A model generated the notes under the pieces. It had not been told where the DNA came from, searched no databases, and saw nothing but the letters and a program-made list of their open reading frames with translations. Shown in pieces: positions 8,764 to 17,286 of a DNA stretch of 40,000 nucleotides. The translations under genes and the position numbers were made by a program. The number at the start of each line of letters is the position of its first letter. The stretch's first letter is position 1. Source of the stretch: Acinetobacter celticus. Lineage in GTDB: Bacteria; Pseudomonadota; Gammaproteobacteria; Pseudomonadales; Moraxellaceae. The stretch spans positions 107,650 through 147,649 of the forward strand of contig NZ_MBDL01000010.1 in NCBI RefSeq assembly GCF_001707755.1, in the 5' to 3' direction.

Positions 8764-9327
8764 CTATAGCTTTTCTTCCGCTTCGTTAAAACTCTTGGTA
8801 TTAAATTTAAACTGTTTTAAGCCATTGTTATAAAATGGAACTTCGACAATTATTGTTTTAAATGTTCTAATATTTTGAAGGAATGGTTTTGATGAACTAC
8901 CATCTAGCACAAGAATAGTCCCATCACCTCCCTGAGTGTCATACTCATGAAATCTTACATCTTGAACTGGGTTATTGCCAAACTTTACGGACACACTGCA
9001 ACCATAACTACCACAATCATACTGGCCCCTATCAATTGTTAAAAAAATTCGAGCAGACCCTCTTTTTGAATCAAGCACATCTAATTGTAATCTGTTCTCA
9101 CCATCATAAGGAAAATCCAGATCTGCATTATTTCCTGAACGCAAAGCAAGCCACCTTGATTCGGTATTACGCATCTCATCCCTATTAACCACGACCCGCC
9201 ACTCACCCTCTCTGGATTCAATACTTGGTCTAATCTCATCTTTCGCAATGTTGGGCTGGTTTGCATTTTCGCTCTTTTCACACCCAGCCAGCCCGACCAT
9301 TACAGCCAAAAATAGCACCTTCTTCAT
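8764..9327 (-). CDS. lipoprotein (accessory)
   Basis: 187 aa with signal peptide plus lipobox MKKVLFLAVMVGLAGC. Confidence 0.7.
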   Translation of the reverse strand: MKKVLFLAVMVGLAGCEKSENANQPNIAKDEIRPSIESREGEWRVVVNRDEMRNTESRWLALRSGNNADLDFPYDGENRLQLDVLDSKRGSARIFLTIDRGQYDCGSYGCSVSVKFGNNPVQDVRFHEYDTQGGDGTILVLDGSSSKPFLQNIRTFKTIIVEVPFYNNGLKQFKFNTKSFNEAEEKL

Positions 9328-9373
9328 ATAAAACCCCTCTTATAAGTATTCACAAGATACTAATTTACCGCAT

Positions 9374-9400
9374 AAAAAGAAACCGCCACTTGGGCGGTTT
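9374..9400 (-). terminator. intrinsic terminator after lipoprotein gene
   Basis: AAACCGCC/GGCGGTTT 8-bp stem followed by a U-run on the minus strand. Confidence 0.6.
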
Positions 9401-9406
9401 GTCATC

Positions 9407-9823
9407 TTAAGGTTTTGGGTTTGTTAGTATCAATGGCTTTTCATTGCTTAAATTAGCCATGCCATTGACTGTTCTGCAATGAGGCTGGCTCATATCAAGC
9501 ACTTGCGTACCTTCTACCCGATAGCCAATTTTACCCACAATAAAAGCATGATTAAGGCTTGAGATTACAACATCAGTTAAGGCCACTGAGCATTTATTCT
9601 TCTCAATCGCCTTATCCATTGCAGTCTTCATATTTGGAATGCCAAGCGGAAATAATACAACAGGAACCGAATCATCTGCCGTAACGCGCTCACCTTTCAC
9701 AAACTGACTGGAGTTAAGGTTGTAGTTTTTGGTGCTGGCAACTGTTAAATCAGCCATACGTACGCTACACCCACTCGCAGTTAATCCTAGCCCAATCATT
9801 GCTACTACTAATAATTTTTTCAT
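9407..9823 (-). CDS. lipoprotein (accessory)
   Basis: 138 aa with signal peptide plus lipobox MKKLLVVAMIGLGLTASGC. Followed by terminator 9374-9400. Confidence 0.7.
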   Translation of the reverse strand: MKKLLVVAMIGLGLTASGCSVRMADLTVASTKNYNLNSSQFVKGERVTADDSVPVVLFPLGIPNMKTAMDKAIEKNKCSVALTDVVISSLNHAFIVGKIGYRVEGTQVLDMSQPHCRTVNGMANLSNEKPLILTNPKP

Positions 9824-9896
9824 GTTACCCCCTAAATTAAGGTGATAAATTACTCATTTTCTTGCAAAAAGTCTAGATAGGTAAAAGAAAAGCACG

Positions 9897-10645
9897 CTAA
9901 GATGATTTTCCTACCCGCCTCCTCACATCATCCAAAAACAAGTTATCCAGAGCAAATACACACTCAACAAAGATGTGTAACTCGCACGGCGCTTCATACA
10001 GCTCAAGATATGAATTGATACTACTACCATCCAATGGCATAGCCACGGGATGATAAGAGCGTGCTCGAGCAATCACATTAAATGCCGTCACAATGGCATG
10101 AGCTGTAAAGCTAAACTCAGGCGCATCATCCAACTTTCGCCCAAGCTTATCGCGGATCTTCTTCTGATACTCTGTTAAGCCTCCGTCTCCAGCATGCCAT
10201 CGGTAGAGCTTTGTGACTTTCCCAGTGCATCGGCTTTAGCTTGATCTGCTTCCAATTGGATCTGTTCAGCATTTGCTTTGACAAACACCCATACAGCAAT
10301 ACCAATATCACCCATGCTTAAAAGTTTAATTGCATTTTCGGGTGTACAAGGCTGTTCTGCTTCCTTCCCATTTTCAGAGAAAACCACACCTTTCCAGTCT
10401 TCAATTAAGTGGCATGCTGTAGCATCCAAAAGAAGCTCATGATAAAGCTTGTCTTCCGCACTGGCCGTGGAAACGTTATAGCCCTTGGAAGCAACCTGAT
10501 TCTGTGCCCGCTCCAATGCTACCCGGTAAGGCTTATACGCCTCGCCACGAATCTTGAATTCTGCCAACACATTACCTTTGGCATCTTTGTATTCTTTCCA
10601 AAGAGAAATATTTTTGCTCTTCTGAATTTCTGCTTTTAAAGCCAT
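9897..10645 (-). CDS. tail assembly chaperone GT-type fusion made by programmed -1 frameshift (about 249 aa)
   Basis: The -1 frame is open from 10235 down to stop 9897-9899 (checked codon by codon). A slip at G GGA AAG (10223-10217) joins ...ADALGK to VTKLYRWHAGDGGLTEYQKKIRDKLGRKLDDAPEFSF... Confidence 0.75.
10175..10645 (-). CDS. tail assembly chaperone (lambda gpG analogue)
   Basis: 156 aa immediately after the major tail protein. Carries slippery heptamer GGGAAAG 13 codons before its stop. Confidence 0.8.
   Translation of the reverse strand: MALKAEIQKSKNISLWKEYKDAKGNVLAEFKIRGEAYKPYRVALERAQNQVASKGYNVSTASAEDKLYHELLLDATACHLIEDWKGVVFSENGKEAEQPCTPENAIKLLSMGDIGIAVWVFVKANAEQIQLEADQAKADALGKSQSSTDGMLETEA
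10217..10223 (-). promoter_or_regulatory. -1 ribosomal frameshift slippery heptamer G GGA AAG
   Basis: Minus-strand GGGAAAG in X XXY YYZ register of the G frame. It is the same heptamer as lambda G/GT. Confidence 0.75.
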
Positions 10646-10684
10646 TTTCTTATCCCCAAAATAATGCCCCTTTCGGGGCTATGT

Positions 10685-11620
10685 TTATACTTCAGTGCGT
10701 GTAATGGTTGGCGCTTCTTTTACCTGACGGAATTCCATAGCTAACGTATGGTCATCATTTTTATTGGTATCGGAAAGGCCATCATTATCGAGTTCTAACT
10801 TGGTGAAATTGAACCCATAAGCATTACCCTTAGAGTCTTCTAGACCAATTTCCGCAGTCATGTTTTGGCGCGACTCAACATAAGGAATCCATGCTTTTGA
10901 AGTTGTGGTTAAGGCCAGCGTCACATTTAGCGTGATACTCACATTACCTTCGGTATAGCGGTTCGGAATCAAGCTACCATTCCCCAAACATGGTTTAGCG
11001 GTCAGGTTGTTATTAATCGTGATTGTGAATGATTCAGCGCATGCTGTACCGACAGTACTTACACCACTAATCTTAAACTCGTTCACATTAATAGATGACA
11101 TGAACGGTGTTGTGGTTGCTGGCAATGGCGAATTCACAGGACTAGCAACAGGATTGCTATAGCCCGTTGCATTGATTGAAGCACTACCCGTAATTTTACC
11201 TTCAGTATCTCCCTGAATGGTCAGCTCACCAATGCGACAACCTGAAAACACTTGAATAAAACCGACTTTCTTATCGTGCTTCACAATCGTATAGGTTGGT
11301 AAGGTATCGCCACCAATTTCAAGCGTTGATACAGATGGCGTGCCTGAATCAACAAACATGTTGCCTGCCACACCTTCAAAGAACATGTCTTGGCTAAGCG
11401 CTGATAACTCGTACTCAACATTTCCGACCGCTTCTGCAGAAGTAGCGACTGAACCCTGCTCAAAACGAGAATCTACAATTTCATCAGATTGAGTCAAAGA
11501 CACTGTCTTTTTCAATGAGTCTGAGTTACGGCGCAATGTATGCCACTCAGGCGCTACAGGTAATGTATTCGGTGTTTCTTCTTTCGCAATGTGGATAACC
11601 ACATCGGTGCCTTTGGACAT
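10685..11620 (-). CDS. major tail protein
   Basis: 311 aa located immediately upstream of the G/GT chaperone pair. Ser/Thr/Gly-rich beta-type composition. Assignment is positional. Confidence 0.7.
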   Translation of the reverse strand: MSKGTDVVIHIAKEETPNTLPVAPEWHTLRRNSDSLKKTVSLTQSDEIVDSRFEQGSVATSAEAVGNVEYELSALSQDMFFEGVAGNMFVDSGTPSVSTLEIGGDTLPTYTIVKHDKKVGFIQVFSGCRIGELTIQGDTEGKITGSASINATGYSNPVASPVNSPLPATTTPFMSSINVNEFKISGVSTVGTACAESFTITINNNLTAKPCLGNGSLIPNRYTEGNVSITLNVTLALTTTSKAWIPYVESRQNMTAEIGLEDSKGNAYGFNFTKLELDNDGLSDTNKNDDHTLAMEFRQVKEAPTITRTEV

Positions 11621-11643
11621 GGCTGTCTCCTAATTTTAGGCGT

Positions 11644-11667
11644 AAAAAAACCGCCATGTAGGCGGTT
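11644..11667 (-). terminator. intrinsic terminator between accessory hydrolase and major tail gene
   Basis: AACCGCC-atgta-GGCGGTT followed by 7 U on the minus strand. Confidence 0.65.
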
Positions 11668-11714
11668 ATTGGATTAAATTATTTAACTATCTTCAATCAT
11701 ATCCATTAATTTGG

Positions 11715-12494
11715 TTAATCTTGAATTAAAGAAAATGCATTCAATAGTTCTTCCTCTTGAATACTTGGAATCGTGTGTAAATTATCAAACAAAAAATTAT
11801 GTATTTTCTTATGTTCTGCAACTAGATTTAACTCATCAATTGCACAATCATCCTTTGTACATGAGGCACCTTTCACTTGATTCACATAATTTCTGAACTT
11901 CACTTCATCAGCATTTTCAGTTTTTAACAATTCGAATAACTCGGTAATGAATTCAATATATTTATCTCTATTTGAAATCCGAAATGCTTTATCAGGATCA
12001 TGAAAACAAATTGAAGCTAAACCATGACCTATAATTTCTCCATAAGCAGTTTCTTCAGCAGTATTTAGCTTGCCTTTAGTATGTGCATATGAATCACCTA
12101 ATGCATGTATTAACAATCCAGCTTTACGAATGTTTGGCTCGTTCAATGCTTGAGCAATAGCATTTTTTAAATCACTTCTTCTTTTTTGAATTTTTTTATG
12201 GTTTCCACCATGTAGGCTATGAACTTTATTGTAGATAAAACTGCGCCATTCTTCTCCAAATTTAAAGAATTGCCCAGTAGCGCTGAAATCTTTTGATTCA
12301 TCTGGGTATTCAGAATAAAAGGATAGCCACAAAGAATCATCTTCACTTCTACCCGCAAATCTAGAAATTAAGTACGGTGTATCTAAATGCCCATAAATAT
12401 TGTACATCGGCACAACATGTAATCCACCCAGTTTAGAAATATCTATTTTTTCTAGATTTGTTAACAAATCTAATTCTAAATTATCTTCACTCAT
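11715..12494 (-). CDS. His/Asp-rich putative metal-dependent hydrolase (zinc PLC / P1-nuclease-like motifs), accessory
   Basis: 259 aa with motifs HSLHGG, HALGDSYAH, IGHG and FHDPD. Sample line 11941-12000 is about 28% GC by hand count, versus about 43% in the tail gene line 10921-10980. Followed by terminator 11644-11667. Confidence 0.6.
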   Translation of the reverse strand: MSEDNLELDLLTNLEKIDISKLGGLHVVPMYNIYGHLDTPYLISRFAGRSEDDSLWLSFYSEYPDESKDFSATGQFFKFGEEWRSFIYNKVHSLHGGNHKKIQKRRSDLKNAIAQALNEPNIRKAGLLIHALGDSYAHTKGKLNTAEETAYGEIIGHGLASICFHDPDKAFRISNRDKYIEFITELFELLKTENADEVKFRNYVNQVKGASCTKDDCAIDELNLVAEHKKIHNFLFDNLHTIPSIQEEELLNAFSLIQD

Positions 12495-12589
12495 TTTTTA
12501 TTCTCAGTACAAGTATAATAAGAGGTCTAACATTAGAATTAATATAAATTATTTTCCACTACAAAATGATAGATAGTAATACTTAACCC

Positions 12590-13024
12590 CTAGTTCACCA
12601 CATAGGCCACATTCACGTTGTACTGGTAATAACTCATGCTAGATGGGTCGCCAATCGCGCTGGAATGACCCGCATCAATAATATTTGCTTCACGTAGCTC
12701 TAGGTGATCAATTCCATAAAACTCCATGTGTTCAGCCCACTTATCTGCCAATTGAGATAATGCATCTGTGCCTGTATTTAACGGCGCAAATAGCTGAATA
12801 AAAATAATCCCCGTCGTTCTGGTACAAGGCTTATCTCCCATACCTGTAATGAACTTCCCCGCATTATTTACGGTGATCTTGGCCCATAACTCCTTTTCAG
12901 GTGGCTCAAATGGCTTGCCTTCATGCAATGGGTTGTTCGCCAACTGAATGTGCTCTTTAAGCATTCCAGTGAATGCGCCCACACGCGCAAGAATGGCCCG
13001 CAAGGCTTGGGTATTTGTCATCAT
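12590..13024 (-). CDS. tail terminator / tail completion protein (positional)
   Basis: 144 aa with an ATGA overlap to the gp10-like gene. It is the last conserved gene before the major tail protein. Confidence 0.5.
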   Translation of the reverse strand: MMTNTQALRAILARVGAFTGMLKEHIQLANNPLHEGKPFEPPEKELWAKITVNNAGKFITGMGDKPCTRTTGIIFIQLFAPLNTGTDALSQLADKWAEHMEFYGIDHLELREANIIDAGHSSAIGDPSSMSYYQYNVNVAYVVN

Positions 13025-13404
13025 TTGTACTTCTCACACACGTATTGAAATGACAAGGCATAAACGCCATTTGGCGCCTGCATACTATGGCCGTTTTCTA
13101 ATGCCAATCCATACGGGCTATTCGTTTGGATATAGACCAAGCCACCAAATTGGGCTGTAGCTGCGACTTTAAGGCCTTGGGCTAAAGTTTCAGAGCCTGA
13201 TTCGTCATATTCTTTTTGATATGTGCTATCAGGTGAATCCAGCGTAACTTTGTGCGATGCGCGGAACTCTCCGTCCATTACTGGTGATCTTAGGACGACC
13301 TGTTGCAAAACTTCACCTACAATTTTTTGAACGTGCTGATCAGCATCTTTCAAAGCAGTTAAAGCAAAACTAGAAGGTTTATTTTTCCATGACATAAATT
13401 TCAC
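13021..13404 (-). CDS. HK97 gp10-like head-tail joining protein
   Basis: 127 aa. C-terminal YGLALENGHSMQAPNG resembles the HK97-gp10 family signature. Confidence 0.55.
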   Translation of the reverse strand: MKFMSWKNKPSSFALTALKDADQHVQKIVGEVLQQVVLRSPVMDGEFRASHKVTLDSPDSTYQKEYDESGSETLAQGLKVAATAQFGGLVYIQTNSPYGLALENGHSMQAPNGVYALSFQYVCEKYK

Positions 13405-13409
13405 CCATT

Positions 13410-13430
13410 AAAAAACCCACCGAGGTGGGC
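13410..13430 (-). terminator. intrinsic terminator after 13449..14069
   Basis: CCCAC-cgag-GTGGG followed by 6 U on the minus strand. Confidence 0.6.
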
Positions 13431-13448
13431 ATTGCATTTCTGGTTTTT

Positions 13449-14069
13449 TTACTTCAAACAATAAGATAAATCAAACATCTTTTTAATAATAATTTCAAAG
13501 TTTTCTTTATTTGCCACCATTTTTTCACCTTGAAAATTCATCCAGAATTCACTATTTTCTATAGAGGTTCTTCTAAAGTTTTGACTTATCAAATTTGGCA
13601 CCGCTTTCATTTTTTCAATCTGATTGTTTAAAGTAACTACATCCTGAATGTATATCTCATTAAGATGTCTTGAGAAACTCTCATATTGTTTAGCAAACTC
13701 AAAATTAGAAGAATATTTATACGTCACCAAAACATTAAATTCACTTTGGAGTCTTCCTCGCTTTACTACTATTTGACTTAGAGTTTGCATTTTACTCAAC
13801 GATGCTTCATCGTGGACTCTAAATGTTAATGAAATTCCAGTATTTTTAATTCCCCAGCTTCTTAAATTACGATCTAATGAGGTCAATCCATTGTTGCCAG
13901 CAGAATTACTTAAAAGATCCGCTAAATAAAAATTAATTCTATCAACCATATTTTTAGCGTTTTCCAAAAATTGAGTTGATATATTCTGATGCTCCTCTTT
14001 TACCTGATTTGCATTTTTGAGAATTTCTATATCTCTCTTTCCGATTTCTTTTAACTCATTAAATTCCAT
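13449..14069 (-). CDS. hypothetical accessory protein (A+T-rich cassette)
   Basis: 206 aa with no recognisable motif. Line 13561-13620 is about 32% GC by hand count. Followed by terminator 13410-13430. It interrupts the connector gene series. Confidence 0.6.
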   Translation of the reverse strand: MEFNELKEIGKRDIEILKNANQVKEEHQNISTQFLENAKNMVDRINFYLADLLSNSAGNNGLTSLDRNLRSWGIKNTGISLTFRVHDEASLSKMQTLSQIVVKRGRLQSEFNVLVTYKYSSNFEFAKQYESFSRHLNEIYIQDVVTLNNQIEKMKAVPNLISQNFRRTSIENSEFWMNFQGEKMVANKENFEIIIKKMFDLSYCLK

Positions 14070-14098
14070 AAATCCCCCTTAATTCCAGAAGAATATTA

Positions 14099-14470
14099 CT
14101 AAACTTTCCGCAACTGGCAAACCCAAATAGATCCTGTTGAATCAGCGCCAATATTCACCACCCTAAATCGCCCTTTGCTTATAGCCCATACGTCACTAAT
14201 TTGTGGCACCTGTGTGACTTCATTCTGCAATACTGTGGCCTTTGAATCTGTTGATTGGTAATCCATTGGCTTAACCATATCTTTCAAATAAGAGCCAAAT
14301 AGAACACCGCGCCCGCTATAGGCTTCCACGGTTATCGTCGGATATGTCTGCGTTTCAAAATCAAAGTCACCTGACTGGATTTCTTTAGAACATGTAAATG
14401 TATCAACAGCATCAGCAAGTTTTTTATCAAAAGCTTTGGCTACTTTAGATTGAATCTTATTTTTAATCAT
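14099..14470 (-). CDS. head-tail adaptor / head closure protein (positional)
   Basis: 123 aa with an ATGA overlap to the upstream connector gene. Confidence 0.5.
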   Translation of the reverse strand: MIKNKIQSKVAKAFDKKLADAVDTFTCSKEIQSGDFDFETQTYPTITVEAYSGRGVLFGSYLKDMVKPMDYQSTDSKATVLQNEVTQVPQISDVWAISKGRFRVVNIGADSTGSIWVCQLRKV

Positions 14471-14841
14471 GCCCGATACACCTTAAATGTAAATCCTTTT
14501 GACTTTAGGTTCAGTGAAGCAATGTATGCCCGAGCGATTTGCTCAAACTCAGATATTTCAACACTACCTTCGGCAAATGTTTCACTGACTTGCACGGTAT
14601 CCGCTTTAACACTCTCACTTGTCGTTTGACGAGCAATGCCAGCGTAGATCACACCACCCTGAATACCCTTGATAATTTCACACGACGCATCTTTTAGAAG
14701 TTGGTCAATCGGATCGGGAACAAAGCCAACTTCATTCCGCATCCATGTATTCGCTAATTTGATTAAACGAGCCTTATCACTATCATCGGCAAAGTCCGCC
14801 CCAAGGATAGATTCAGCTTCGGCAATAGCAATAAAGCTCAT
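14467..14841 (-). CDS. gp6-like head-tail connector protein
   Basis: 124 aa. The N-terminus AEAESILGADFADDSDKARLIKLANTWM resembles the phage gp6-like connector family. Position fits. Confidence 0.5.
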   Translation of the reverse strand: MSFIAIAEAESILGADFADDSDKARLIKLANTWMRNEVGFVPDPIDQLLKDASCEIIKGIQGGVIYAGIARQTTSESVKADTVQVSETFAEGSVEISEFEQIARAYIASLNLKSKGFTFKVYRA

Positions 14842-14845
14842 GGCG

Positions 14846-15463
14846 TTATTCCTTTGAAATTAAGAGTGCCAATAGGTCATCTTTTTTGGCATCAGATGGA
14901 AATTCAATGCCTTTCAATTTCAAAACATCTTTCAGCTCATCAACCTTCATTTTTGAGTAATCAACCGATTGAAGTTCAACGATACGGGCTTGCATTGCAC
15001 CAACATCATTTTTGAATGCAATGAATTCGCCTTGTCCTATGTCCAACTGTTCTTTTGTGTTGGTTAAATCGAGTGCGACTGCATCAAATTGCTCTACTGG
15101 AACTAAGCCAGTTAAATCGGCAGGCTCGCCCTGAATCAGTCCAGCTTTTAACATTTCCATTTGTTGTTTCAGGTCATCATTTTCAGCGACAACCTTTTCA
15201 CATTCCGCTTTGGCTTGATCGATAGTGGCTTGTAGTTCTGGTGTGATGCTAGCTTTAACGTCAATTGTTAGAGGCTTAGCTTTAGGTAGCTCACGCACCT
15301 CAACATCAACACCTAACTCTTCATAGTCAGCTTTGATATGGGGATAGTCACCATAGATCACGACCGACTGAGCATTTGATTCAGGTTTTAAATAATATTC
15401 GGGATTCTGAAATGATCCCTGCTCATCAATGCCTGAGCTCTTTTTTGCATAGATAATTTTCAA
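14846..15463 (-). CDS. head-associated protein with C-terminal HeH/SAP-like motif
   Basis: 205 aa directly after the capsid gene. Acidic coiled coil. C-terminus MKVDELKDVLKLKGIEFPSDAKKDDLLALL is an HeH/SAP-type helix-extension-helix. Confidence 0.5.
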   Translation of the reverse strand: MKIIYAKKSSGIDEQGSFQNPEYYLKPESNAQSVVIYGDYPHIKADYEELGVDVEVRELPKAKPLTIDVKASITPELQATIDQAKAECEKVVAENDDLKQQMEMLKAGLIQGEPADLTGLVPVEQFDAVALDLTNTKEQLDIGQGEFIAFKNDVGAMQARIVELQSVDYSKMKVDELKDVLKLKGIEFPSDAKKDDLLALLISKE

Positions 15464-15473
15464 TTTTTTCTCC

Positions 15474-15502
15474 CAAAAAGAAAGAGGGCTAATGCCCTCT
15501 TT
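15474..15502 (-). terminator. hairpin/terminator right after the major capsid stop
   Basis: AAAGAGGGC-taat-GCCCTCTTT 9-bp stem followed by a U-run on the minus strand. Confidence 0.6.
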
Positions 15503-16446
15503 TATGGTGTGCCTGACAGATCAAGCAATGTGCCCGCAGTCATCTTGTTGCTGGTTGCATACTTCTGCCAGTTGGCATCTGCACCAAGCAATGCCAGTGT
15601 CGGATTTGCACCTTTTGATGCATCCCAAGAATAACCAAGGATATCCAGATTAAACGTACCTTCAGCACGCATACCGATAGCCAAGTTTTCTTCATCATTG
15701 ATATCGTACGCACGGAAACCCGGTGCCTGTGATTCAGTCACAGTTAATGCACCTGCCTGTAAACCAAATGCATCATTGTCGCCAACCATATCGGTCACTA
15801 AAACAGGTTTACCAAGTGTTCCTGGTAATCCACCATAAATCACTAATTCAGATTCACCGTAAACCTGATTGGTTAAAGCCTCATCCACAATATCGAAATA
15901 CGTGTCAGAGTTCATAACCCATAACGAGATACGGCCAAACTTGTCACCAAATTTACGCATGCCTTTTGTCAAAGCCTTACGACCATCTGTGGCAATACTA
16001 CCCTTAGCAATCATGTCAGGGTTACTTGTGATAGCGGCTTTAAGTGCTGTTAAACCATATTGCAAACGACCAGCTACCAATGCATCAGCTAAGTCATAAC
16101 CAATGATTTCTGCAAACTCTTCTGGTGAGCGTGCACGGCGTTTAAAAGCTTCTTCAGTAGAAGAATATGGGCCATATTTGTACGGCGTTTTAATACCAAC
16201 CATTTCACCAGCACCAATCTTCTTCGGTGTGACCTTTGCAGTAGAATTCACATCACGGTGCTCAATACCACCACCAACACGATAGAAAGATTTCTGATCA
16301 AAATCACCTTGAATGACGTTATTTACATAACGGATTGCACCATTTGATGCTTGGTTAAACACATTCAAATTATCCTGCAAACGTTCTAAATACGCTGTTT
16401 GGGCTAATTGGTTATAAATAACCATGTCACTATTTACTGTAGTCAT
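15502..16446 (-). CDS. major capsid protein
   Basis: 314 aa immediately after the scaffold-like gene and followed by a strong hairpin at 15481-15502. Assignment rests on size and position. Confidence 0.75.
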   Translation of the reverse strand: MTTVNSDMVIYNQLAQTAYLERLQDNLNVFNQASNGAIRYVNNVIQGDFDQKSFYRVGGGIEHRDVNSTAKVTPKKIGAGEMVGIKTPYKYGPYSSTEEAFKRRARSPEEFAEIIGYDLADALVAGRLQYGLTALKAAITSNPDMIAKGSIATDGRKALTKGMRKFGDKFGRISLWVMNSDTYFDIVDEALTNQVYGESELVIYGGLPGTLGKPVLVTDMVGDNDAFGLQAGALTVTESQAPGFRAYDINDEENLAIGMRAEGTFNLDILGYSWDASKGANPTLALLGADANWQKYATSNKMTAGTLLDLSGTP

Positions 16447-16455
16447 TACGACTCC

Positions 16456-17214
16456 TTATTTTGGAAGTTTTAAATATGATTCTTGGCCATGGTTTTTTAA
16501 GTAATCAGCTTTATCCTTCGCGGTCATATCACCACGTTTAAGTCCAGAATTTTGACCACCACCTTGGAATCCACCACCCGAACCTTGACCACCTTTTAAA
16601 ATCGAATCTTTGTGTTGGTATCCACCAACCAGAGATTCCAAGGCTTCGTCAAAGTCAGCGACTTCACCTGGGCGAGTGCGTGAATAGATTTTTTGACCAT
16701 CCGCACCAACGGCCACGACTTTGCCATTTTCGATTTGGAAGTTTTTCCCGAACTGGGCTTGGATCATGTCTGCGGGTACAGCGATATTGTCTTGAATGTA
16801 CTTAGAACGAGCGAAGCCACCACCAATAAGTTCGTTATGCAGTTGGGTCTGGAAAGCATCACGCTCTTGAACAATCGGAGCATATTTATCTTCAATCGCT
16901 TTGATTGCTTCAGCTTTTACTTTTTCGATTTCACCAGCATCCACCAGTTTTTTGTCATCGAAGTTTTTCAAAGTTTCTAAAGCTTTTTTGGCTGCTGCTG
17001 GGTCTTCGATACCGTCAAAACCCTTAAGCTTTGTTTCCAGTTGTTCTTTGGCTTCACGATGAGTTTTAGCCTCACCATTCAGGCGTGAAATCGTAGCAAC
17101 CGTGTGTGCTGCATCGTGTGGTGCCTCTTTGCCATCGTCATGAATATAGATAGGTTTATCACCATCCACTTCTGCATACGTTTTACCTTCGATGGTTACT
17201 GTTTTAAGTTTCAT
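16456..17214 (-). CDS. scaffolding protein
   Basis: 252 aa. Highly charged helical protein with a Gly-rich tail GGQGSGGGFQGGGQNSG, directly upstream of the capsid gene. Confidence 0.6.
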   Translation of the reverse strand: MKLKTVTIEGKTYAEVDGDKPIYIHDDGKEAPHDAAHTVATISRLNGEAKTHREAKEQLETKLKGFDGIEDPAAAKKALETLKNFDDKKLVDAGEIEKVKAEAIKAIEDKYAPIVQERDAFQTQLHNELIGGGFARSKYIQDNIAVPADMIQAQFGKNFQIENGKVVAVGADGQKIYSRTRPGEVADFDEALESLVGGYQHKDSILKGGQGSGGGFQGGGQNSGLKRGDMTAKDKADYLKNHGQESYLKLPK

Positions 17215-17218
17215 AAGT

Positions 17219-17271
17219 CATCCGACCCTATTTCTAAAATGAGCATCCGCTCGTTACGCTGTCCGCATCCG
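17219..17271 (-). repeat. three spaced CATCCG (minus-sense CGGATG) repeats in the scaffold-capsid leader
   Basis: Copies at 17219-24, 17244-49 and 17266-71. Two of them are the 8-mer GCATCCGC. Spacings are 25 and 22 nt. Confidence 0.4.
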
Positions 17272-17286
17272 CTTTCAGCAGGCAAT

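Noticed and set aside
9081-9281. Nested or alternative-frame minus-strand ORFs inside clear genes: 9081..9281, 11281..11463, 12167..12358, 18423..18614, 18864..19103, 30437..30652 and 1679..1876.
   Set aside because: Each lies out of frame entirely within a longer ORF that has family-level or positional support. None has an independent RBS.
9897-10133. An independent 78-aa gene with a TTG start.
   Set aside because: It is better explained as the -1 frameshift extension of the G-like chaperone. The frame is open upstream to 10235 and contains the slippery site.
10655-10680. Hairpin GCCCC-tttc-GGGGC between the major tail and chaperone genes as a terminator.
   Set aside because: It is followed by an interrupted AUUAUUUUGG tract rather than a clean U-run. 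It may be an RNA-stability or attenuation element, so I did not call it a terminator.
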